This document shows, in pieces, positions 25,475 through 31,741 of a stretch of 31,741 nucleotides of DNA. A program made the position numbers and the translations under genes. Location of the stretch: positions 1-31,741 of IMG/VR virus record IMGVR_UViG_3300046779_000648; one strand, 5' to 3'. Below the pieces are notes generated by a model that saw only the letters and a list, made by a program, of their open reading frames with translations, had not been told where the DNA came from and did no database searches. Positions within the stretch are counted from its first letter, which is position 1. Each line of letters begins with the position of its first letter. Source of the DNA: a virus (taxonomy: Duplodnaviria; Caudoviricetes).

Positions 25475-25698
25475 GCAACGGCTCCGAACTCAAAAGCCCG
25501 GCGGCACAGGCCTTGCGCGCCGCCGGCTATAAGCCACTTCCCAGGTGGTGGGTGACGCAAGACCAGTTGGATCTGATCGCATACATGATCAGGCACAATG
25601 CGGAAGAAGTTAACAGGATCAGGAATCAAGCAAACAGAAAGACGCTGACGCGTGAACAGGAGATCGACCAGGCATGGCAAGACATGAAATGCCAATAA
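25471..25698 (+). CDS. Hypothetical protein, 75 aa
   Basis: ALRAAGY.PLPRWWV motif; GTGA overlap. Confidence 0.7.
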   Translation: MSNGSELKSPAAQALRAAGYKPLPRWWVTQDQLDLIAYMIRHNAEEVNRIRNQANRKTLTREQEIDQAWQDMKCQ

Positions 25699-26054
25699 CG
25701 ATACGCGGGAAAACATATGCCAACGCAACGGAAGCAGCCGCCGCGATGAACGTGAAACGCAGCACGATATATTCAGCGCTGCACCGCAACACGCTGGACA
25801 CTGTTGGCCTTGGCACTGGCTGCAGGGAGAAAAAGACCGGCGGGACTCCACGGCCGGTAACAATTGCCGGAATGCACTTCAGAACATTGCGCGAAGCATC
25901 GCTTTACCTTGGCTTGAAGCGCGGGACACTATCCAGCATCTTGCGGCGCGGCGGCGAAAGATCAAAGCAGAACATCATGCGGCTGATGATGCAGAAAACA
26001 GCCGACATCGAGAATAAAGCAGTCAAAAAAATGCAACGCGGGATGCAAGAATGA
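25689..26054 (+). CDS. DNA-binding protein with two NUMOD1/HTH-like repeats
   Basis: PITIRGKTYANATEAAAAMNVKRSTI and PVTIAGMHFRTLREASLYLGLKRGTL. Confidence 0.7.
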   Translation: MPITIRGKTYANATEAAAAMNVKRSTIYSALHRNTLDTVGLGTGCREKKTGGTPRPVTIAGMHFRTLREASLYLGLKRGTLSSILRRGGERSKQNIMRLMMQKTADIENKAVKKMQRGMQE

Positions 26055-26299
26055 ACACGAAAAAAGTAGTAATCGCCAGGACAAGCGCCAGCTTTAGCAG
26101 TTCAGCGCAGCATGTTTCGACCATCACACTGCCGCGCGCACCATGGGAACAGCCGGATGAAAGACCGCATAGCCTTGCTGAATTTGTGGAAACGCCTATC
26201 GGATCGGATGAAAAACGAAAGCGTGACCCAAGGCACCTTGGACCTTATAAAAGAAATCGAAAAAACAACGATCAGGCTTATTGCAAACGCGAAAACTGA
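26051..26299 (+). CDS. Hypothetical protein, 82 aa
   Basis: ATGA overlap; ITLPRAPWE motif; last gene of the plus-strand unit. Confidence 0.6.
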   Translation: MNTKKVVIARTSASFSSSAQHVSTITLPRAPWEQPDERPHSLAEFVETPIGSDEKRKRDPRHLGPYKRNRKNNDQAYCKREN

Positions 26300-26399
26300 T
26301 CGCTAGTGTCCACGTTGATGGGCGCAACATGGTCTGCTGAAGGCGGATTCTGTCATGGTTGACGCTGATTAGACTGCGCCACGGCTCTTCAACTGAAAC

Positions 26400-26555
26400 C
26401 TAGCGCCCATCACGATCCTTCATCCTGGCGACCAGCGCCAATACCAGCGCGCCGAACTGCGCGAATGGGATCACGCAGCTTTGCTGGCCTGACCATACAA
26501 GCAGGCCATCGCGGGTGACGCGCCAAGAAGCGAGCGGTGGCTTATCTTTCGTCAC
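26400..26555 (-). CDS. Hypothetical protein, about 51 aa
   Basis: GTG start overlapping the upstream gene end; WRVTRDGLLVW...IP..QF..L. Confidence 0.5.
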   Translation of the reverse strand: MTKDKPPLASWRVTRDGLLVWSGQQSCVIPFAQFGALVLALVARMKDRDGR

Positions 26556-27684
26556 GATCAATCGGGTCCAATGCCCTAAGCACAAGGCCATCCTGCTTGT
26601 GGAAAGTGATTGATTGCAGCGCACGCCTTGCGCCATATCCCATGCCGGCGGCATAGGCATCAGGTGGGCAGAATGCCCGCAGGCTTTCATATCGCAGCGG
26701 TCCGATGTCCTTTGCGTGATCGTGATGCACATGGCCTGTCAGATAGTGGCGATGGCGTGTTTCTGACCAGAACGGGCAAACATCCGATAAATAAAGCGCC
26801 ATCTGCTGCGGCTTTCCCTTGTCGCCATGGTGGGCGAAGATGGCGCATTTCCCCCACTGCATCATGAACAGGTCGCGCGGCTCTTTCTCAACGGTGATGC
26901 GCGGCTCAAGCCTGTATCGTTCAGCCAGCGCGAAGTTCAGCATCATGCTAGAATGCGGGTCATGATTGCCGCGCAAGACCCTGACGATGACATCAGCGTG
27001 CTTGCCCAAGATCCGCTCAATCGTTTCAGCAATGATGGCGATGCCAATATCAAGCACTTTGAAGAAGCGACCATCAACATCCAGCTTGTGCCTGCTGGCA
27101 GGTGTTTCCGCCCTGTTGTCATCTGAATGGAAGTAGTCACCACCGATCAGCAAGACTGCCCGGCGCGCTGGCGGCGTCATTGCCAGAACCTTCGCAAAGG
27201 CATGTCGCATGTCCTGCCTGGCATGTTCCAGGTCATAATCATGCGAACCAGTTTCCCGGCCCCATGCCATCATACCAACATGCGCGTCCATCAGCGGATA
27301 AACGGCGCAAAGATCATCCATAACGCTTTCTGGTGGTATGATCGGCTTCGATGGCTCGATGCCTTCTAGAGCCTCTCTCAGCCGCTCTGCGATGGCCTCT
27401 GGCGGCACTGGGTCAGGCCGCAACATCACGGAATAGCCGATTTCGCCATCTTTGGGCGGGATCTTCGCCCAGGCCAACGCCGGGACCATATTGGTGCCAA
27501 CGGCTTTCATGCTGTCAGCGATGGCCGGATCTAGGCGATACTTCGCCCTGACATCACCATTCCATCCTGCGCGATTCAGGATGCGGATGAAGTCCCGGAC
27601 CTTGATGCCTAGTTCTCTGGCCGCTGCGCTTGTGTTGCCGTGCTTTTTGAACGCATCAACGGCTTCTTGTTGTCTAGGCGTCAT
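26542..27684 (-). CDS. N-terminal HTH plus calcineurin-like metallophosphoesterase
   Basis: G..SAAARELGI HTH; MDAH, GGDYFHSD, GNHD, HHGD, GHVHH motifs. Confidence 0.85.
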   Translation of the reverse strand: MTPRQQEAVDAFKKHGNTSAAARELGIKVRDFIRILNRAGWNGDVRAKYRLDPAIADSMKAVGTNMVPALAWAKIPPKDGEIGYSVMLRPDPVPPEAIAERLREALEGIEPSKPIIPPESVMDDLCAVYPLMDAHVGMMAWGRETGSHDYDLEHARQDMRHAFAKVLAMTPPARRAVLLIGGDYFHSDDNRAETPASRHKLDVDGRFFKVLDIGIAIIAETIERILGKHADVIVRVLRGNHDPHSSMMLNFALAERYRLEPRITVEKEPRDLFMMQWGKCAIFAHHGDKGKPQQMALYLSDVCPFWSETRHRHYLTGHVHHDHAKDIGPLRYESLRAFCPPDAYAAGMGYGARRALQSITFHKQDGLVLRALDPIDRDER

Positions 27685-27901
27685 CGCCGCATCCAGCATC
27701 AATCAACTGAATCAGATGCGCGCCAGAAATAACGGAAAGATTCCCGCCATCCTTTGCCAGCGCCGCGGCGTGTTCTGATCGGGCTGCTAAAGTCCCGTCA
27801 CAGATCGCTTCAGTGCTTCGACCGATCCCGCAGCCACTCACGGGCAGCGTCAGCGTCAGACATGCGACCAATCTGATCCATGTCTTTCCTGGTGTTGGCA
27901 T
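27674..27901 (-). CDS. o-spanin (Rz1-like lipoprotein)
   Basis: Hydrophobic stretch ending in lipobox LPVSG-C; overlaps the i-spanin in another frame. Confidence 0.75.
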   Translation of the reverse strand: MPTPGKTWIRLVACLTLTLPVSGCGIGRSTEAICDGTLAARSEHAAALAKDGGNLSVISGAHLIQLIDAGCGDDA

Positions 27902-28028
27902 ATGACTCAAGCTCCTTCGTCTTGATGTCAGATTCGGCAGACTTTCTGCCGCCAAGCCAGCTTGCCACTAGCGCAGCAATCACAAGTCCAATGGCCGCAG
28001 ACCACAGCTTGATTCTGGCAAGGATCAT
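27810..28028 (-). CDS. i-spanin (Rz-like)
   Basis: N-terminal TM plus short helical domain; follows the endolysin. Confidence 0.7.
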   Translation of the reverse strand: MILARIKLWSAAIGLVIAALVASWLGGRKSAESDIKTKELESYANTRKDMDQIGRMSDADAAREWLRDRSKH

Positions 28029-28648
28029 CTGTCACCTTCTGCCCATTTCTTGATCCGCTCACGCATGATCCAGGCCGCAGCCAGGATGACGATGCCAGCG
28101 AAAACAAGTGCGATGATTTGTGCTGATCCGTCCAGCGCTCCGATGGCAGCAACGCCAGCGCCAGCGCCGGACGCGATCTGCACGGCCGATGCTTTCACGG
28201 TCGAAGACTGCGCCGGGCTTGTGCGTTCTTCCGGCGGCTTGGCCTTGCTGGTCCAATCGTCATCAGAATAGATATTGCGGTCCAATTCGAAATGAGGACC
28301 ATCGCGGAAGGATTTCCAATCACCGCCCCAGATGATGGCAACGCCTTCCTTTGCCGCAGCATCCTTGACGGCAGGCGCAAGGCGGTCATAGAGCGGCCAA
28401 TCAAACGCAGCCTTGCCATTCGGCCCGATAGGAACCAGATCGACGGCATGGCCAGTGATATGTCGGCTGTTCATCGTCTTGGACGCGCCGCTGGCAACCA
28501 GCTTCTTCTGGCGATCAATCGACCGCAGCCCTTCGATTACAACGAAATCAAGCGGGCTGATTTCCAGCGCACGATTGATGACGCGAACAAGATCCGGGTG
28601 AACGCCTTTCAGATTGTTCAGACTGCGGGCAGAAAACTTGCGGGTCAT
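28025..28648 (-). CDS. Endolysin, M15 family peptidase (L-Ala-D-Glu type) with hydrophobic C-terminus
   Basis: L.GVHPDL, EGLR...RQ, SRH.TGHAVD, WGGDW..F.DGPHFEL. Confidence 0.93.
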   Translation of the reverse strand: MTRKFSARSLNNLKGVHPDLVRVINRALEISPLDFVVIEGLRSIDRQKKLVASGASKTMNSRHITGHAVDLVPIGPNGKAAFDWPLYDRLAPAVKDAAAKEGVAIIWGGDWKSFRDGPHFELDRNIYSDDDWTSKAKPPEERTSPAQSSTVKASAVQIASGAGAGVAAIGALDGSAQIIALVFAGIVILAAAWIMRERIKKWAEGDR

Positions 28649-28878
28649 TTTCTCAGCGCCTGTTCAATGTTGTCTAACTTGGCAAAGACAGCTTTGAAGC
28701 TGTCCCGCATTTCTTTGAATTCTCGATCATGGGCTTCTTTGTTGGCCTCATGCACTGCTTGCAGGACTGCCAGCTTCGTCGAATGGTCTTGCTGCGTCTT
28801 GTGCATCAACCAGACAAAGCCGGCCACCGGGACAACGACCCACTGCATCAGCATCTTGAAGAATTCAAAGGCTTCCAT
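28645..28878 (-). CDS. Putative holin / membrane protein
   Basis: One N-terminal TM plus coiled coil; directly upstream of the endolysin. Confidence 0.55.
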   Translation of the reverse strand: MEAFEFFKMLMQWVVVPVAGFVWLMHKTQQDHSTKLAVLQAVHEANKEAHDREFKEMRDSFKAVFAKLDNIEQALRK

Positions 28879-28883
28879 TCGCC

Positions 28884-29138
28884 TTACTCCGCAGCGTAGG
28901 GGAACCTGGCCTTGATCTCATCGACCTTGGCTTTCCATTCATCAAGCGTGCCATCGCCGCGCTGCGCCTTGAAGAACAGCGGGTCTGCTTCTTCGCGGTA
29001 TGCAACCTGGCGCGATGCTTTTTGCTGCTCATCACTTGGAATTGATGCGGCCTGCCATGCTGCGATTTCGGCTTGCGTGAAGTTTCGGACAGTCTGCTTC
29101 CCGGTCACTGCGTCAGTGATGACTTCGGTATATTGCAT
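28884..29138 (-). CDS. Tail fibre assembly-like protein
   Basis: R..AY.EEADPLFFK.QR...EW..KV.EIKARFPY; follows the fibre gene. Confidence 0.65.
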   Translation of the reverse strand: MQYTEVITDAVTGKQTVRNFTQAEIAAWQAASIPSDEQQKASRQVAYREEADPLFFKAQRGDGTLDEWKAKVDEIKARFPYAAE

Positions 29139-29139
29139 C

Positions 29140-30006
29140 TTATTTCACCCCATAGACGCGGATCGACCCAGCATCGAAAGACCCGCCGCCGACAGTGACA
29201 GAAATGCTGGTGGAAGCAGTTGTCAGGCCGGTGGCGAAAACATAGCTTCTGCCTGCGTTTATAACGAGCGGCAAGGCCGAACCCTGGCAAGTGATGGCTG
29301 TCCCGACACCGCTGTTAAGCGATACGAAAATCATGCCAGCCACAATATCGCTGGCACCCGCGCCAGTGCTGAAGTTATTTGTCGCGGAATATGTGCTTGG
29401 CCCGAAAGAAAATGCCTGCGCGCTCCCGCTGTTGTGCGAGATACTGTTAATCTCTGCCACAATCTCTTTATAATCAGTCAGGTTCAGGCCTGAAAGCGTC
29501 TGCACAGATCCGCTGGTGGTGGTCAGCGTGCCAAGCAAAGTCATGCCGCCAGCGCCGCCGGTCTGCTGCCAGGCAGACCCGTTATAGAACTCATAAGCGG
29601 CGGTCGTGGTGTTATAGATCAAAAGCCCGGTGGCAGGCGATGAAATCGCGTTGCGCTGGGTCGTTGTCATTGATGGTGCGCGGAAGCCTTTAGTCGTGCT
29701 GGTCAGGTCAAGGATGGCAGATGCTGCCGCCGCTGCTCCGATCCCGACATTGCCATTCGAATCCTGTTGTATCAGCCAAGTGTCATTCACCTGATTGAAA
29801 TAAGCAAAGTTGATCCAGGCATCATTGTCAGCGTTTCGCATCTTCAGCACATTGGTCGTGCTGTCATACCACCACTGATAAGCATAAGTCGTCGAAGGTG
29901 CAGATGCCCCTGACGAATTCGTTGCCAATGCGGCCAGCGCATTGTTCAGATCAGTCCTGGTCGCAGGAAAGCCCTGGTTTGCGATGTTGAAATCATGTTG
30001 GCTCAT
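29140..30006 (-). CDS. Tail fibre / receptor-binding protein
   Basis: SQHDF.IANQ.FP..R.DLN.AL N-terminus; GNVGIG...P.MTTTQRNAI..PA.GL.IYNTT module; F.AGSI.VYG C-terminus. Confidence 0.8.
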   Translation of the reverse strand: MSQHDFNIANQGFPATRTDLNNALAALATNSSGASAPSTTYAYQWWYDSTTNVLKMRNADNDAWINFAYFNQVNDTWLIQQDSNGNVGIGAAAAASAILDLTSTTKGFRAPSMTTTQRNAISSPATGLLIYNTTTAAYEFYNGSAWQQTGGAGGMTLLGTLTTTSGSVQTLSGLNLTDYKEIVAEINSISHNSGSAQAFSFGPSTYSATNNFSTGAGASDIVAGMIFVSLNSGVGTAITCQGSALPLVINAGRSYVFATGLTTASTSISVTVGGGSFDAGSIRVYGVK

Positions 30007-31741
30007 GTCAGATCCTTGCCATAGCCCTTGGCCACATAGTCGAAGGTGAGCGGATTAGTGCTTTGCACCGCCCCGGTATATGCCGTGATCGTGAAGCCAG
30101 TGCGGCTTTTCCCAGAAATAACATAGCGGTCCCCGGCTGGCAACGATGCTGCAATCCCGATTGATGGCGTCGCCTTGAATGCGTTGGGGAATGTCACGTT
30201 ATAAGTGCCAGTGAATGTAATATCGCTGGCGCTTTCAACGCGGTCTGGCATGTCAACGATGGCAGACAAAGACCTGATGATCGGTGCTGCCGTTTCTTCG
30301 GTTGATGACAAGATCGCGCGGAATCTGATTGCACGCGCCGAAATATCTCCAACGATAAAATCACGCCAATCAGACCAAACAGGTGATCCAGCCGGGTTGT
30401 CATCCGTATAAGACACTTGGGTCTTCACCGATGTCGTGTCGAACTGCGCCGAACTTCCGTCGAAATCGCCAGCCCTTGCGTCGAAATCGCCAGCGGCATC
30501 GTCAAACAGAGCAGCATATTCAACGAATTCAACACCCATCGATGCCATCACGCGGCTGACGTATTTGTCACCCAGGTCGACATAATTGGCGAATTGATAA
30601 GTGCCAGTTGCAGCGACATTGCTGCCGCCACCATCGAACAGCCCTGTCGCACTATCAAACAAACCAGATGCTGAATCAAAGTTGATTGATGTATTCAGCG
30701 TTAGATAAGTCCCGGTCGAGTCAGAGCCGACAGCGATATTCGTTTTTGATCCGGCAAAAGTCGGATCTTCCTGCAATGTTTCGACAGCGTTCAGATTGTC
30801 GATGTCGGCAACATTCGTAGTGACAACGATGCTTGCTGGCGCGTTGCTGACGTTGCCCAGCTTGTCCACTGCCTTGATGAAATATGTGCCTGTCTGCGCT
30901 GGCAGGACAACACTGTTGGCCGGGCGCGACACCTTTCCCAGCACATCGATGGCGTTCTGATATTGCGCCCCTGATGTCAAACCAGAATAACGGATCTTGT
31001 AGTGTGACAGATCCAGATCAGGCGATGGCGTCCAAGTCAGGTGCAGAGTGTTGCCAACGACATTGGCTGAAAAGTTCGTCACATCCTGCGGCGGTGCAGC
31101 GAATATGCTGATGTAATAGTTGGCAACAGTGGTCCATTCACCGCGCACGCCAAGCGCATTGATGCCACGCGCCCTGACATCAAAGAAGCCGTCAGAGATG
31201 CCCAGCACTTCAAACTTGTTGCTGGTGGATCTGCCGATGGCCGTCCATTCAGGATCGCCAGAAACGCGATATTGTGCTTCGAATGAATCGATCTGATCCG
31301 AGCCGGATGTCACTTCGATTTCAATGGCACCGACAACTTGCTGATTGACCAAGCGGAGATCACCGGCCAGCGCCACACCAACAGTCGGCACCGAGTAATA
31401 GGCCGGCACAGTTGTGTTATTGCTGATGATAGCCTGTTCTTCGGCATCCCAATCAAACGCGGCTTCGCTTGTCTCACGCAGCACCATGGCAACGCGCACG
31501 CCGCCTTCATTGGAAATGACCAGCTTCCACGACTTGACTTCAAATTCCTTATTGACCCATCCATATTCCGAAATGGTCAGATCAACGATGTCGCCAACTT
31601 CGACAGCCAGCGCCGTCAGCCCGAATTCAGCCGAAATGGTCATCTGTTCACGCGATCTGAACAAAGCCTGTTTGGCAATGCGCTGGGCGCGTGCGCTGTC
31701 TGTCACCATAGGTAGCGGCAGATCCATGGTGTTCTCAATGC
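30003..31741 (-). CDS. Tail tip / host-specificity protein, C-terminal part (Fn3-like domains)
   Basis: VEVGDIV.L, LRE....FDW, VRARGIN, L.W....DL..Y.IRY, YFIKAVD..GN.S; continues from 1..1296. Confidence 0.9.
   Translation of the reverse strand, partial: IENTMDLPLPMVTDSARAQRIAKQALFRSREQMTISAEFGLTALAVEVGDIVDLTISEYGWVNKEFEVKSWKLVISNEGGVRVAMVLRETSEAAFDWDAEEQAIISNNTTVPAYYSVPTVGVALAGDLRLVNQQVVGAIEIEVTSGSDQIDSFEAQYRVSGDPEWTAIGRSTSNKFEVLGISDGFFDVRARGINALGVRGEWTTVANYYISIFAAPPQDVTNFSANVVGNTLHLTWTPSPDLDLSHYKIRYSGLTSGAQYQNAIDVLGKVSRPANSVVLPAQTGTYFIKAVDKLGNVSNAPASIVVTTNVADIDNLNAVETLQEDPTFAGSKTNIAVGSDSTGTYLTLNTSINFDSASGLFDSATGLFDGGGSNVAATGTYQFANYVDLGDKYVSRVMASMGVEFVEYAALFDDAAGDFDARAGDFDGSSAQFDTTSVKTQVSYTDDNPAGSPVWSDWRDFIVGDISARAIRFRAILSSTEETAAPIIRSLSAIVDMPDRVESASDITFTGTYNVTFPNAFKATPSIGIAASLPAGDRYVISGKSRTGFTITAYTGAVQSTNPLTFDYVAKGYGKDLT
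31566..31741. repeat. Terminal direct repeat, copy 2
   Basis: Matches 1-176 with two mismatches (31611, 31614). Confidence 0.95.

Noticed and set aside
26316-26412. tRNA gene
   Set aside because: No T-loop GTTCRA, no D-arm consensus and no CCA-type end visible
31566-31741. Diversity-generating retroelement TR/VR pair
   Set aside because: No reverse transcriptase in the genome; differences are synonymous and the repeat is the circular overlap

Overview
The window is an essentially complete, circularly permuted genome of a small tailed dsDNA phage, about 31,565 bp once the 176-bp end overlap is removed. It is siphovirus-like with lambda-type cos packaging. High GC and spanin genes point to a Gram-negative host, probably alphaproteobacterial (inference). 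The minus strand carries a Cro-like HTH, RuvC-like resolvase, RecE-like exonuclease, SSB, primase-helicase, putative origin, gpZ-like gene, putative cos, ParB-MTase, terminases, portal, a multidomain protease-capsid polyprotein, the tail module, a tail-tip gene split across the window ends, tail fibre, lysis genes and a metallophosphoesterase. The plus strand (22.0-26.3 kb) carries small early or accessory genes. I see no integrase, CI-type repressor, DNA polymerase, tRNA or CRISPR array. The most unusual region is the replication module, which looks plasmid-like. It has a predicted ~70-nt antisense RNA with its own promoter and terminator over the RBS of a 17-codon leader that overlaps the primase-helicase start. 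It also has a stand-alone paralogue of the helicase C-terminal domain whose promoter carries an origin-like CCACCACC inverted repeat, and an adjacent CCCACC repeat and palindrome cluster. All family calls come from motif recognition by eye, not database searches.
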